64,000 nt of DNA from Terriglobia bacterium (GCA_020072965.1 JAIQFY010000006.1:1-64000), one strand, 5' to 3'. Positions 8,306 through 18,690 are shown, counted from the first letter of the stretch. Notes: generated by a model not told the origin, from the letters alone. Translations and numbers: made by a program.

Positions 8306-9421
8306 GTGATCAGGAAGATTTTCAAATACGTCGGAATAGCAGTCGCTTGCCTGGTGGTTGTGGTGCTCTCGTCTGCTCTGTTGTATGGAAAGTGCCTCCA
8401 GTACAAGGTTGCTGAAGAACGCGCCATTAGTTCACCCACTGGCATCAACAGCCTTGAGGCGGTGCGAATTGGCGGTATTGATCAGTGGATCGAAGTGCGG
8501 GGCCAGAATGTGAACAACCCGATTCTCCTGTTCATTCATGGTGGTCCCGGCATAGCTTTCATCCCCTTGGGGGGTGCGTTTCAGGGCCCATGGGAGAAAT
8601 ATTTCACCGTAGTGCAATGGGACCAACGGGGAGCGAGGAAGACTTACGCTTCGAATGACAAAGAACTTCTGCGCAAGTCAATGAATGTATCCCGAATGGA
8701 ACAGGACACGCTTGACGTGGTGAACTATCCTCGGAATCCCTTCAAAAGGGGAAAGATCTTTGTTCTGGGCCATTCCTGGGGAAGTATATTGGGGCTTTGG
8801 TTGGCGCACGAACATCCGGATCTCATTTTCGCTTATGTGGGAGTCGGGCAAGTCATCAACACGCACCAGAACGACGACGTCGCCTACCAGGACGCTTTGC
8901 AACAAGCACGCAAGAGCCACAATGAACAGGCGATCAAAGACTTGGAGAATATTGTGCCTTACCCTCCTCCAAACGTGGATGGGAGAAAAGAGTCGATCGC
9001 AAGAAATTGGGAAGGGCAGTTACTGGGACCACCGCCGAGCGGAGTAGCGTTCACGGATGGCAAGAGAATTGTGTCAGACCTTGTGTCGGCTCCTGAATAT
9101 TCTCTTGCGGACGTCTACGGTTTTCTCCGTGGGACTTCTTTTTCCCTAAACATTTTGCTTCCCGAAATGTGGAAAATTGATCTTAACAAACTCGGGTCCG
9201 ACTTCCGCGCGCCGATCTTCTTTTTTGAAGGAAGATACGACCAGTACTGTCGTTCTTCCTTGATTTGGGAGTACAGTCAAACCATCAAGGCTCCCCAAAA
9301 GGGATTCATCTGGTTTGAAAATTCCGGCCATTTCCCATTCTTTGAAGAGCAACAGAAATTTAGAGATGAATTGGTCCAGGAGGTTTTGCCTCTCGCCAAT
9401 TATCGCCCAGGCGGCGATTAG
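8306..9421 (+). CDS. Alpha/beta-hydrolase fold enzyme (proline iminopeptidase / epoxide-hydrolase-like) with an N-terminal TM/signal anchor
   Basis: GTG start with AGGGGGAGA 7 nt upstream. HGGPG oxyanion motif. GHSWGS nucleophile elbow (GxSxG). N-terminal hydrophobic stretch YVGIAVACLVVVVLSSALL. Confidence 0.8.
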   Translation: MIRKIFKYVGIAVACLVVVVLSSALLYGKCLQYKVAEERAISSPTGINSLEAVRIGGIDQWIEVRGQNVNNPILLFIHGGPGIAFIPLGGAFQGPWEKYFTVVQWDQRGARKTYASNDKELLRKSMNVSRMEQDTLDVVNYPRNPFKRGKIFVLGHSWGSILGLWLAHEHPDLIFAYVGVGQVINTHQNDDVAYQDALQQARKSHNEQAIKDLENIVPYPPPNVDGRKESIARNWEGQLLGPPPSGVAFTDGKRIVSDLVSAPEYSLADVYGFLRGTSFSLNILLPEMWKIDLNKLGSDFRAPIFFFEGRYDQYCRSSLIWEYSQTIKAPQKGFIWFENSGHFPFFEEQQKFRDELVQEVLPLANYRPGGD

Positions 9422-9775
9422 TCTCTTGCAGGCATGAGTTTCTTCGAGAAAGCTTCATATCGCAGACCCGCAGAGGTTGCGCACTGTTGTCGCCCGTACG
9501 GCTTCCCCATAGGAGGGGGGGATTGAAGGGGCTGGACGTGTGCGCCCGCGGTGAAGGGTGGCGGCTTCCAGATTGGCAATTTTTAACGCGGTTGACCAGT
9601 AGCGCCAGGCGAGCGAAAGGGCTGTAATCTCCAAAATCAACATTTCGGGATTACAAAGGGCAAGACTTCGATAATCCTCGCCTATTCCCCGCCAATTGCA
9701 TCTAATGGTATCTTAGGGCCATTTCGCTCATGTTAGTTCGTTTCTGAAGAGAACATCCAGCCGGATACTTGAGGT

Positions 9776-10555
9776 TTGCCAAAAACTTGGGAGCGGTGGC
9801 CAAGAGGACCTGTGGCCGGAATGTCACTTAGACTGTTGGGACAAAGTATGCACCGATCCAACGGCGATCAGGACAGACTCATGCAAGCAGGTCGGTTTCG
9901 AAACTGGTTGAGCCTTACCGCGTGGACATACTTTTATGTCGTCTTCTTGTACGGGACCTGGATCGTGGCGTGGCTGCTGGAACGGGCTCTGGGTCACCGT
10001 GTCGGTTGGATGACCACCAGCGGGGGGCAGGCCGCTTACTGGCTTGTGATGAAATTGCTGTTGTGGATAGCGCCCGCGCTCATCCTGATTCGACTCTCGG
10101 GCCGCCGCCTGAGTGAAGTCCTGGGGCTTCGGCGCCTTCGTTTGGCTCTGATGTGGGGCACGGGGGTCGGACTTTGCCTCGGGGCAGTTGTATGGATACA
10201 AAGATCGGCCGCCCATCAGCCGTTGTTTCACCCCGTCTTGAATTGGCCGTTTCTGAGCGGCGTGTGTGTTGCGCCGATAATTGAGGAGATCACCTTTCGC
10301 GGGGCGATCCTTGGGAATTTGATGCGGCGACACCGTTTTGCGGTGGCGAACACCGTGACAGCCTTTCTTTTTCTAGGCTCACATCTTCCCGGCTGGTATT
10401 TTCAGGGCCGCCTGTTCTCCTTGCTCACTCGCCCCCTCGGTGGGGGTCTCTCGATCTTTCTTCTGGGGTGGGTATTCGGTCTCGTCGCCCACAAAAGCAA
10501 GTCGGTCGCCGGCAGCACCTGGACGCATTTTCTGAACAACTTTTTCAATGCTTAA
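9776..10555 (+). CDS. CPBP-family (CAAX protease / Abi, PF02517-like) intramembrane glutamic metalloprotease
   Basis: It is a multi-TM protein with EExxFRG (IIEEITFRGAILGNL), FxxxH (FLFLGSH) and HxxxN (HFLNNF) motifs. The true start is probably the internal MQAGRFRNW (~9881). Confidence 0.75.
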   Translation: MPKTWERWPRGPVAGMSLRLLGQSMHRSNGDQDRLMQAGRFRNWLSLTAWTYFYVVFLYGTWIVAWLLERALGHRVGWMTTSGGQAAYWLVMKLLLWIAPALILIRLSGRRLSEVLGLRRLRLALMWGTGVGLCLGAVVWIQRSAAHQPLFHPVLNWPFLSGVCVAPIIEEITFRGAILGNLMRRHRFAVANTVTAFLFLGSHLPGWYFQGRLFSLLTRPLGGGLSIFLLGWVFGLVAHKSKSVAGSTWTHFLNNFFNA

Positions 10556-10673
10556 GGCGGGCGACTCCTGCCGTCAGACAATCGGAGACATCCATTGAGG
10601 AGGTTATGCAAGCTCAGCGGAATCGTCTCGCGTTTCTTTCAATCACCCGCACCACATTGATCGCGGTCCCTCT

Positions 10674-11426
10674 TCACACCTTGGGAGTGAATTGAGCCAG
10701 CTCGTAAATACCCAGGGTCCTTTCAAGCCCGGCCACGCGTTCGACGACCCCCTCGAATCCAGCCTTCCCAAAGAGCGCATGTTCCTTGTCCTCGAACTGG
10801 TCTCCCATGACGTCGAACTCATGTGCGGAGACGACGGATCGAATCGCCGGGAACAGGATGGTGTCTTCCCGTGCTTCGTGAGGCCGGTACATGCGGACGA
10901 AAAGGTCCAGATCCGTCGCCAACGCCTTTCGTTCCGCAGCGGTGCTCAGCGTTGATGCACTGGCACGAGCTTGAATCGAAGCGGTCAGGCGCCGCCCCGC
11001 CTGATGCTGCTGGCGCAGCACACGCACCAGGTCCACCAGCTTTCCGGCCTGTTCAAACCGGGGAAAGAGATGATCCTCCTCCAGCTTCTCGTGATAATCT
11101 TCGATAAAATTCCGGATGATCCCCGCGGCCCCCGCGAGAACTTCGACCGGGAAATCTTTTCCGGTGTTCAAGCGCTGGAGGATCTCCCCATAGATTAAGA
11201 GAATCCGATTTAAGACGCCGTGCTCGCGCATCAGGTCTTCGGGCGGGGATACGTCCTCGGTCGGGTTTTCGTGAATTTCTTTCGCATCCTTTCCGGCCGG
11301 CACCTTTTGGGCAGTTGAGGCTTCGGTCGGCAAGCTTGCTGTTGCGGCGACGAGCAGTCCTGCTTCCAGCAGGAATTCTCGCCGTTCACGGGGTCGTTTC
11401 ATTGCTCTTCCTCCCTTCAAGGACAA
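10674..11426 (-). CDS. Hemerythrin HHE cation-binding-domain protein with a twin-arginine (Tat)-like signal peptide
   Basis: MKRPRERREFLLEAGLLVAATASL carries an RR-x-F-L Tat motif; the likely start is at 11402. It has paired H/E-rich helices (EHGVLNRIL, HEKLEEDHLFP, HEAREDTILFP, EDKEHALFG) typical of hemerythrin-like di-iron domains. Confidence 0.65.
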   Translation of the reverse strand: MSLKGGRAMKRPRERREFLLEAGLLVAATASLPTEASTAQKVPAGKDAKEIHENPTEDVSPPEDLMREHGVLNRILLIYGEILQRLNTGKDFPVEVLAGAAGIIRNFIEDYHEKLEEDHLFPRFEQAGKLVDLVRVLRQQHQAGRRLTASIQARASASTLSTAAERKALATDLDLFVRMYRPHEAREDTILFPAIRSVVSAHEFDVMGDQFEDKEHALFGKAGFEGVVERVAGLERTLGIYELAQFTPKV

Positions 11427-11533
11427 GAGGGACAGACACCTGTTCTGGCGCCACCGCTGCGAAATTTCTTAGGAGAGAGGGCCTGTCCTTAGCTTCCTTG
11501 AGATGGAACTTCACTGTCATCAACTACAGAAAC

Positions 11534-11556
11534 AGGGCAGACGAGGACGTCTGCCC
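11534..11556. repeat. REP-like palindrome, family 3 (GGGCAGACG-AGGA-CGTCTGCCCC)
   Basis: It is a 9-bp inverted repeat with a 4-nt loop, directly 3' of the debranching-enzyme gene. The same unit occurs 3 times at 51554-51656. Confidence 0.6.
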
Positions 11557-11560
11557 CACG

Positions 11561-13633
11561 CTACACTTCTTCCATCAAGACGCGATGGATCTCGGCGACG
11601 CTCCAGGCTTGGGCCAAGCAGCCTTTTCCCGGGGGTCGCGGGGAGCCCTCTTCGGGTGGAGGGACATCACCATCAAAGAGTTCAGGAATCTGGCCCACCC
11701 CTTCGCTCAACATATACTGAATCAGAGGTTCAAGCAGGCTTCGCACGTGCTTCTTATTCCGGGTGGTGCGGGAATGGGCGTTCAAATAAGCTGTGGCGTA
11801 AGGTCCCAGCAGCCACGGCCAGACAGTACCCTGGTGATAGGAGAAATCGCGATCGTAAGCGCTCCCCTGGTACAGGCCCCGATAGTGCGAGTCGTTCTTT
11901 GCCAGTGTTCGAAGGCCGAAAGGCGTCAACAGGTGCTCCGTGACAACCGCCACGACGGGTTTGCGATGCTGTTTTTCAAGGGGGGAGAAGGGTAGCGTCA
12001 TGGCGAATAATTGATTGGGCCGGAGGGACGCATCGATGCCGCTTTCACTGACGACGTCAGACAAATATCCCGCGGCCGGGTTCCAGAAAACCTTGTTGAA
12101 ACTCTCCTGGGCTTGGCGGGCGAGGGAGGTCAATTCCTTGGCCTTTCCCCGGTCACCGAATTTTTTCGCAAAAAATTCCAGCACTTTCAGGGCATTACAC
12201 CAGAGAGCGCAAACCTCAACGGCTTTTCCGTGCCGCGGGGTAACGGCTTGCTCTCCAATCCGGGCGTCCATCCAGGTAAGTTGAACGGATTCCTCTCCGG
12301 CCGAAAGCAGGGCGTCGTCCGACATCCGAATGCCGAAACGCGTTCCCCGGCGGTGGCACTCGAAGCTTTCGATCAGGGCCTCATAGAATCTTTGTTTGAC
12401 GACTTTCAGATCGTCGGTCCGCCGAGCCAGTTCGTACACCAGATGGAAGAGCCAGAGCGTCGCGTCCGCCGTGTTGTATTCGGCTTCTTCTCCCGCCTCC
12501 GGGTGATCCACAAACCGGTTGGGGATCAATCCGTCTCGCATGGAACGAACAAAGGTGCCCAGAATCTCCCGGGCCGCCGGATAATCATCCGTAACAAAGA
12601 GGAGGCCGGGAACTGAAATCATGGTGTCCCGGCCCCAGTCCGTAAACCAGGGATACCCGGCAATGACGGTGGGGGAGTCTTTTTGCCGCCTCACCAGAAA
12701 TTGATCCGCAGCCAACCGGAAGTAGAAAGACGTCTTCTCCGTCGATTTGATTCCCTTCACCAGTCCCTGACGCCGTTCCAGCTCCCGCTGTTTTATCACT
12801 GCGAAGCGTTGAAGCTCGGCCTCTCGAGTCAGGTCAGACCATTCCTCCGCACTGGCAAAGAACCAGAGATGTGTCCCGTTCTTCACGACCGCCCGGAAGT
12901 TTCCCGGGCTGAAGAGATCCTCGGAGAAGTCGAGGCCGCGCTCCTGCTCGCGGAGGTACTCGAAGTTCTTGTACCAGTACCCGTCACGAAAAAAGAAATC
13001 CGCGGTATGGCGAATCACCAAAGGGGGAAGTCCCGGGTAGGGCGAGAATTTCGCGTGATGCTCCCCAATATCGGTGTCCCGCTGGAGGTCACTGTTTTCG
13101 TGGGTCAGAGAATGATAATTCCGATAAGCGAGGAGCGGGCGCATATCAAAGTGGGCCTCCGATTCCTGCGGCCCCGTGAAAGCGTATTCGAGACAGGTGG
13201 CATTGTGTCCGTGAACCATGAAAACAGTCTTCTGGATCTTCCAGTCGCCCACGCGAAAGGTGGCAACGGGGAAGAATAGCTTTTCAAAACGGACCAGGAA
13301 TTGATAGCCCTGGGGATGGATGGCTCCGGGAAACTGGTTGGAACTTAGATCGATCCGGGCGCCTTCGAGCACCAGCGTCTCTTCGAATTTGGAGAGCAGC
13401 ACAAACCGGTTGACTGGGGGGGCGAGCGCCGCCACCAGCAATCCATGATAGCGCCGGGTGTTCATGCCGCACAGGGTAGAGGAGGCAAACCCGCCTAGCC
13501 CATTGGTTTCAAGCCATTCCCGATGTTGGGATCGGGCCAGATTAGAGCACATGTTTTGGTCGAATTTGATCATGATTTTCCATCCATGAAAAAGAGCATG
13601 GTTGAGTCCATGAGAACTCAAGTGTTGGAACAC
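11561..13633 (-). CDS. Glycogen debranching enzyme-like / amylo-alpha-1,6-glucosidase family protein (GDE_N + GDE_C six-hairpin glycosidase)
   Basis: N-terminal NGLGGFASSTLCGMNTRRYHGLL and C-terminal (alpha/alpha)6 region with WMDA, GKAVEVCALW and YHQGTVWPWLLGPY motifs. The likely start is the internal MIKFDQ (~13573). Confidence 0.8.
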   Translation of the reverse strand: MFQHLSSHGLNHALFHGWKIMIKFDQNMCSNLARSQHREWLETNGLGGFASSTLCGMNTRRYHGLLVAALAPPVNRFVLLSKFEETLVLEGARIDLSSNQFPGAIHPQGYQFLVRFEKLFFPVATFRVGDWKIQKTVFMVHGHNATCLEYAFTGPQESEAHFDMRPLLAYRNYHSLTHENSDLQRDTDIGEHHAKFSPYPGLPPLVIRHTADFFFRDGYWYKNFEYLREQERGLDFSEDLFSPGNFRAVVKNGTHLWFFASAEEWSDLTREAELQRFAVIKQRELERRQGLVKGIKSTEKTSFYFRLAADQFLVRRQKDSPTVIAGYPWFTDWGRDTMISVPGLLFVTDDYPAAREILGTFVRSMRDGLIPNRFVDHPEAGEEAEYNTADATLWLFHLVYELARRTDDLKVVKQRFYEALIESFECHRRGTRFGIRMSDDALLSAGEESVQLTWMDARIGEQAVTPRHGKAVEVCALWCNALKVLEFFAKKFGDRGKAKELTSLARQAQESFNKVFWNPAAGYLSDVVSESGIDASLRPNQLFAMTLPFSPLEKQHRKPVVAVVTEHLLTPFGLRTLAKNDSHYRGLYQGSAYDRDFSYHQGTVWPWLLGPYATAYLNAHSRTTRNKKHVRSLLEPLIQYMLSEGVGQIPELFDGDVPPPEEGSPRPPGKGCLAQAWSVAEIHRVLMEEV

Positions 13634-13715
13634 GCGGCAGGCCCAGTTCCTCCTCCCGGTTTCGGGAGATTTCAGGATGAATTTTTCGTCCCTTATGGTA
13701 AACTGGGGAAGCCTT

Positions 13716-13802
13716 ATCCGTCCCGGTCATGGAGGCAAGAGAACGCTGTCTTGGAAACAGCTCATTCTACTTTAAACCCGCAAACCCGTCCATGAATTCA
13801 GG
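13716..13802 (+). promoter_or_regulatory. Conserved non-coding block upstream of pilin cassette 1 (ATCCG..GTCATGGAGGC ... CCGTCCATGAATTCAGG), ~375 nt before the first pilin gene; paralogous to 19204-19285
   Basis: Two conserved sub-blocks are present despite ~40% divergence of the flanking coding genes. The distance to the downstream start codon is almost identical (374 vs 377 nt). Confidence 0.4.
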
Positions 13803-14175
13803 TTTTGCCCAGCCCGGTAGCGATTGAGTTCTGCGGTGATTCCCTTTTTCCCCGAGCGTCGGAGGTGTCGCAACTGCAACCTTCGAAGGGGGGGGCGGAG
13901 TATACGCTTCACAGCTTAACTACGAGGGGGTTCAACTAGGGTAGACGTCAATTTACACCGCGCTGATGTGAGAAAAGTCACAAATTTTGTCACTGTTCGC
14001 TTCACTGTAAAAGGTGTCCGCGGTGGTTGTTGATGGCCCTAAATCCTCGGTATCAAGTTTGGGACGAAATCAAGAGTCACTCCGTCTCGCTGGTTTGTTC
14101 CGGGAGGACGCGGCCTTGGGACAATTTCTTATGTCAGTATGCGGGGCCGAGTGAGTCAGGTACTGTTTCCGAAAA

Positions 14176-14796
14176 TTGAACAAAAAGCGAGCCGACTCTC
14201 TCATGAAGTATTGGGTGAAAGAGCTCATCATAGCGTTCATTGGATCTTGTGGAGCACCGCCTGACCGGAGCGCGGGGCGAAGGCGCTCAAGCGGCGGGTT
14301 TTCATCGCTGGAACTACTCTTCGTCGTCATGATAGTACTCATCATGAGTACCCTGGCTCTCCCGAATATGCTTGAGATGCGCAACAACTACAACTTGCAG
14401 GGCGACTTGCGACTCGTGCAGGTCATGATCCAGACCGGACGTTACAACGCCATTTCACATGGGCGGCAGTATCAGGTTGTTATGCAGACCGATCCCCATC
14501 AGGTTCGGTTGCAGGTGGACGACACGGCTGATCCGCAGGATCCATTGCACGTTCCCAATTTTGTGAATTGTCCGAACGATCAGTATTGTCGGGGCGTGAG
14601 TCCCGTTTCACTCTCGCGAGGCGTACAGTTTGTCAGGGGAGGAACCCTAACGTGCGTTTTCAATGGCAGCGTGACCGGAACGGGGTTTGACACTACCCCA
14701 ACAGGCGAGCCTTATGTGGAAGTAAGAAACAAGAAACATGAGTATCAAGTGGCGGTTTCCCCCCTGGGACGAGTACGCCTCGTGAGGGTTAAGTAA
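14176..14796 (+). CDS. fimT: Type IV pilus minor pilin / pseudopilin, FimT/GspH-like (class III signal peptide)
   Basis: Prepilin motif ...RRRSSGG|FSSLELLFVVMIVLIMSTLAL (G-1, F+1, E+5). The size and C-terminal beta region resemble GspH/FimT. The leader is unusually long, and an internal start at ~14203 is possible. Confidence 0.7.
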   Translation: MNKKRADSLMKYWVKELIIAFIGSCGAPPDRSAGRRRSSGGFSSLELLFVVMIVLIMSTLALPNMLEMRNNYNLQGDLRLVQVMIQTGRYNAISHGRQYQVVMQTDPHQVRLQVDDTADPQDPLHVPNFVNCPNDQYCRGVSPVSLSRGVQFVRGGTLTCVFNGSVTGTGFDTTPTGEPYVEVRNKKHEYQVAVSPLGRVRLVRVK

Positions 14797-14810
14797 CAGA
14801 GGGCATCTCG

Positions 14811-15467
14811 ATGAACTCAGATGTCTTGAAGGGTACCTCAGGCGGAGCAGGATCCGAAGCGAGGCGGCCCATTCGAGCCAACCCTGACCTTGGGTTCTCC
14901 ATTCTCGAGCTGATGATTGCGATTGTAGTCCTGCTTTTCGGCTTCATTGCGATGATCAATTTGATTGCCACGAGCATCGTTGTCAATCGGACTTCCAATC
15001 AGTTGACCTTGCTCACTCTATTGGCCTCCGATAAGCTTGAACAATTGAGGACCCTGGACATCAGCGATCCACAAATACAAGTCCCATCGGGTTCTTTGAA
15101 TGCAGGATCGCTTAATGACGATTCGACCCAGGATGTCGGGGGCACCCGGGTTTCATACTTTGACAACGTTTTTGTCAACCCGCGTGATGGCTCCATCACG
15201 CGCACGGGAGGTCTCGACGGCGAGGGTGAGCACGAGTCCGTCACTCGAACCATGGGAGGGACGACCACCACAACGTCCTCGGATGCTGTGCAGGCGCAGT
15301 TGAGTTATCGCCGAAGGTGGTTGATTCAGAAGGATCCGGCGGTCCTTGCGGGGGCGATCCGGATTACCGTGGAAGTGGCAGTCGGAACAAACACGGGGTC
15401 GGACGCGAACCCCGCCCAGGCCCCCACCGGTGATCGCCAAGTGATCCGTATGACAGCAGTGCGCTGA
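14811..15467 (+). CDS. pilV: Type IV pilus minor pilin PilV-like
   Basis: Prepilin motif ...NPDLG|FSILELMIAIVVLLFGFIAMINL (E+5). It is a paralog of 20285..20971. Confidence 0.7.
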   Translation: MNSDVLKGTSGGAGSEARRPIRANPDLGFSILELMIAIVVLLFGFIAMINLIATSIVVNRTSNQLTLLTLLASDKLEQLRTLDISDPQIQVPSGSLNAGSLNDDSTQDVGGTRVSYFDNVFVNPRDGSITRTGGLDGEGEHESVTRTMGGTTTTTSSDAVQAQLSYRRRWLIQKDPAVLAGAIRITVEVAVGTNTGSDANPAQAPTGDRQVIRMTAVR

Positions 15468-15496
15468 AGAAGCAGGGTAGGGTCAAGACGCCGAGA

Positions 15497-16579
15497 GTGT
15501 TGTCGGCAAAGGTTTCGCAGAGAGTGGGCGATCAGCCATGTCAAATCTTCCTATGTCCCCCAGGCCAGCAATGCCCCATCGCAGTCCCCGGGTATTCCCC
15601 GGGAAAGGACGCCGCACGTCGGGTTAGGTCCGGCTTGGATATGGTCTCGGCCGATCTCGCCAACGCAGGCTCGAACCTGGGCGCGGCAGGGCATGTTGGC
15701 TTTCCATTTCCTGTTATTGTTGAGAAGAACTACAGCCAAACCACTTTTTATCCCACTCCTTACAGCTTTGACAGAATCACTATCTTTCAAGGTATGAATC
15801 CGAACAGCTGCGATTACCTCCCGCCATCGTACCTTAGCGATATGCACGGAACGGGGACAGGGGTGAACAGCTCAGGGCAGACGAGCAACGGCCCGACCTT
15901 GTTCGTTGGGGACGATCAGAATCCAATCCCTTTTCCAAGCTACCCGGACTGTAACGCTGCTTGTAACGCAAGTATGGAGGCCCAATTTCGATGCGCCGCC
16001 AACCGGCTCCCCAGCGGATCTTTTGTTGTGGTCATCAATATTGACCCTAACGATCCAAACTACCGCCAGATTGCACCCATGACTCTGACACAAAACGCGA
16101 GTGTTGATGCTGGCGGTCTTCGAGTCAATCTCAACCACGACCCTCAAGGAGATAGCAGTGGCGGGCTTTATCCCCTGCAACAGGTTCCACGGAACAGGTT
16201 GGGTACGGAATTTCCACGCGGATCCCTGATTGTAAAGTTGGCTCCGCCGATCACTTACTCGGTTGACGTCACTGATCAAGAGCATCCTGTGCTGATCCGC
16301 TCGACGCAGGCCGGCTCAGCCGCAAACCCAACGTCGATCCCCGTGGCAACGAACATCCTCGGTTTCTCGCAGCGGGCCCAACTGCCGACTGGGATCTTCG
16401 ATAATCCGGCGGATTACCTCCCCCAACCGAATGATTTTTCGCTGATTCAGGCCTTGGAGGTGATGGTCGCCGGGAGGACCGAGAGCGGACGCATCGATGA
16501 ATATAAGAGCGCTATCGATCCGACCAGGACGTTTCGGTTGAACACCTTGTCCACAACGACTGCCCTGCGAAACAAATAA
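15497..16579 (+). pseudogene. pilW: PilW-like minor pilin paralog lacking the N-terminal class III signal peptide and hydrophobic helix; probably decayed or non-functional
   Basis: From RVRSGLDMVSADLANAGSNL onward it aligns with paralog 21039..22175. The ~45 aa that carry GFTLLEMLVGIALMVVLGG in the paralog are replaced here by a non-hydrophobic sequence (QIFLCPPGQQCPIAVPGYSPGKD). No frame of 15468-15620 encodes a prepilin helix. Confidence 0.5.
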
Positions 16580-16586
16580 TAGTGAT

Positions 16587-18665
16587 TTGAGGTGTCCCAT
16601 GAAGCCCCCTATATTTTCCCCAGGACCCTATAAGATCGCCCGCCGTGTTCCCTCCAGGCCGGAAGGGGAAAGAGGGATGGCTTTGATCACAGCCCTCATC
16701 TTCCTGGGCGTGGCCATGCTGCTTGGGCTCTCCATCTTGCTCACCACCTCCAGCGACGTGTTCCTCAGTAGTTCGATGCGGAATACCAAGACCGCCTTTT
16801 ACGCCGCCGACGCGGGAGTCAGTGTCATGCGCAAGACCTTAGTGGACGCCTTGAAAGCGCAAACTCCAGCCAGCGGTACGAGCGCAAATACTGTTTTTGA
16901 TTGCTCCGATGATCCTACTTCTGCATTTAACAAATTGATTCTGAACGCGGCGCTGGCGAACGCCGGCAACGGATCGCAACAGACGGTAAGCTCCTACTCC
17001 AGTTATGGGGATTCGGCAGCCGCATTTACGATCGATACACGCAGCGATGGAGCTCAACCCCGCACCTTTTTCAAATGCATCAACCGCGGCAAGGTGACCC
17101 CTGTCCCCATACCACCCGATGCTTCGCACAACGAGACTTACAATTTTGCTTATCAAATTACCTCGAATGGGACGTCGGGGGGCCTTGCCTCCAGCACGGT
17201 CATTGAGCAGGGGACCATTTCGTACAACTTCAATGTCAATGTCAGTCAGCCGCTCTACTTTTTATCAGGGTTTGGAATGTTGCTAAACAATTTTGATCCC
17301 CACAATCCGCCCGGACCGCTTCCTTCCGGCAGGTACACTGGACCTGCTCACACCAATGGAGAATGGGGATTCACGAATGACCCCCCCGGCTACTATGAAT
17401 TCACTGACCAGATCAGCAGTGTCAGCCCGAATGCATATTACGTTTTCGCCGGACCGCCTCCCTTTTCGGAGGACGTCCCGAAGAGTACCGATACCCATAC
17501 GACCGGAAGAATTGCGCCCATATACGATGCCGGGTCAGGGGTCAATTTCGGAGCGGCGAGCGTGCAATTTCCGACGGATTCAAGTAACCAGCTCCACGCC
17601 GTGATTGATGGCTCCGGCTACAATGCCAGCAGTCCTTTCGCACCACAGGCAGGCCTCTCGGACCCTGATTTCCAAACCGCGATGCACAACACACTGGTGG
17701 CCGCCAACAGTTCGCCCTATAACGGCGCCAACGGGGTATACATCCCCGTATCCGTGTCGCGGGATCGGAATGGGAACCCCCTGTCCTGGCAGACCAGGGG
17801 CGGCGGGATTTTCGTCAATGGAAACGTCGATAACCTGACACTGGATGCGCGAACACCGGGATTACAGATCTATATCATCGTCCAGGGCGGACTCACCACG
17901 ACCCTCACTTATAACCTGAACGCGCGGACAACAACGATTCAAAGTGGGGCCTCTTCATTCACGGCTCCGGGATTGCCGACAAATAATCTTCCTTTCCGCA
18001 GTCCGGGTCAGCGTACCTCCCCTGCGACCTCGATTTCGTTCTATGTCAATGGGTCGATCAGCAGCATGCACGGACCGGTTGATGCTTCGGGACAGCAACT
18101 GAATGATGCGGTTACGAAACTACCGATGCCTGGCGTGCAAGATGGCGCCGCCGTGACCATCACCGCGACAGGGGATGTGGAGGTCACGGGGAGTGTGCTT
18201 TACCGTAGTGCTCCTGTGACGACGGCACCAGCAAACACCGCCGGAACCCTCATCCCGGCCAACGACTACGGCCAGGCGCTTGGAATTTACTCCCAAACCG
18301 GGAACATCTATCTTAATGTCGACCATATCCCCTCCCATAATATTGAAGTCGATGCGGCGCTGGCAGCTGTGCACGGAACAGTGACCTGGTCTGGTACGAC
18401 TCGACCCCCAAACGTGACGATCATCGGAGGACGCGTCCAGAACCAACCCGGGTCTATGGGGATCCAGAATACCGTGTTGTTCGATCGGCGCTTTGGGGCC
18501 GGTTTGTATGCTCCGCCGTTCTTTCCGTATATCAATGCATCGAATTTTGCTTTGGCGGGCGCCACCTATGCATTTGCGGTGGTGTGTACCCCCGCGCCCT
18601 GTTTGCCCAAGGCCGTCCCCACGAGCTATTCCGTCCCCTCGCGAATGGTGGCCCCGGCACAATAG
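16587..18665 (+). CDS. pilX: Large PilX-like minor pilin (PilX_N-type N-terminus plus ~600-aa C-terminal region), putative pilus-tip/adhesin component
   Basis: N-terminus ...ERGMALITALIFLGVAMLLGLSILLTTSSDVFLSSSMRNTKTAFYAADAGV matches the PilX N-terminal domain pattern (G-aLi.aLi.L.v..LLg...........s.....AF.AAeAG). It is 692 aa, against ~200 aa for canonical PilX. It is a paralog of 22193..24307. Confidence 0.65.
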   Translation: MRCPMKPPIFSPGPYKIARRVPSRPEGERGMALITALIFLGVAMLLGLSILLTTSSDVFLSSSMRNTKTAFYAADAGVSVMRKTLVDALKAQTPASGTSANTVFDCSDDPTSAFNKLILNAALANAGNGSQQTVSSYSSYGDSAAAFTIDTRSDGAQPRTFFKCINRGKVTPVPIPPDASHNETYNFAYQITSNGTSGGLASSTVIEQGTISYNFNVNVSQPLYFLSGFGMLLNNFDPHNPPGPLPSGRYTGPAHTNGEWGFTNDPPGYYEFTDQISSVSPNAYYVFAGPPPFSEDVPKSTDTHTTGRIAPIYDAGSGVNFGAASVQFPTDSSNQLHAVIDGSGYNASSPFAPQAGLSDPDFQTAMHNTLVAANSSPYNGANGVYIPVSVSRDRNGNPLSWQTRGGGIFVNGNVDNLTLDARTPGLQIYIIVQGGLTTTLTYNLNARTTTIQSGASSFTAPGLPTNNLPFRSPGQRTSPATSISFYVNGSISSMHGPVDASGQQLNDAVTKLPMPGVQDGAAVTITATGDVEVTGSVLYRSAPVTTAPANTAGTLIPANDYGQALGIYSQTGNIYLNVDHIPSHNIEVDAALAAVHGTVTWSGTTRPPNVTIIGGRVQNQPGSMGIQNTVLFDRRFGAGLYAPPFFPYINASNFALAGATYAFAVVCTPAPCLPKAVPTSYSVPSRMVAPAQ

Positions 18666-18690
18666 GTCAAGTCCCCCAAGGGTGGAGTGT

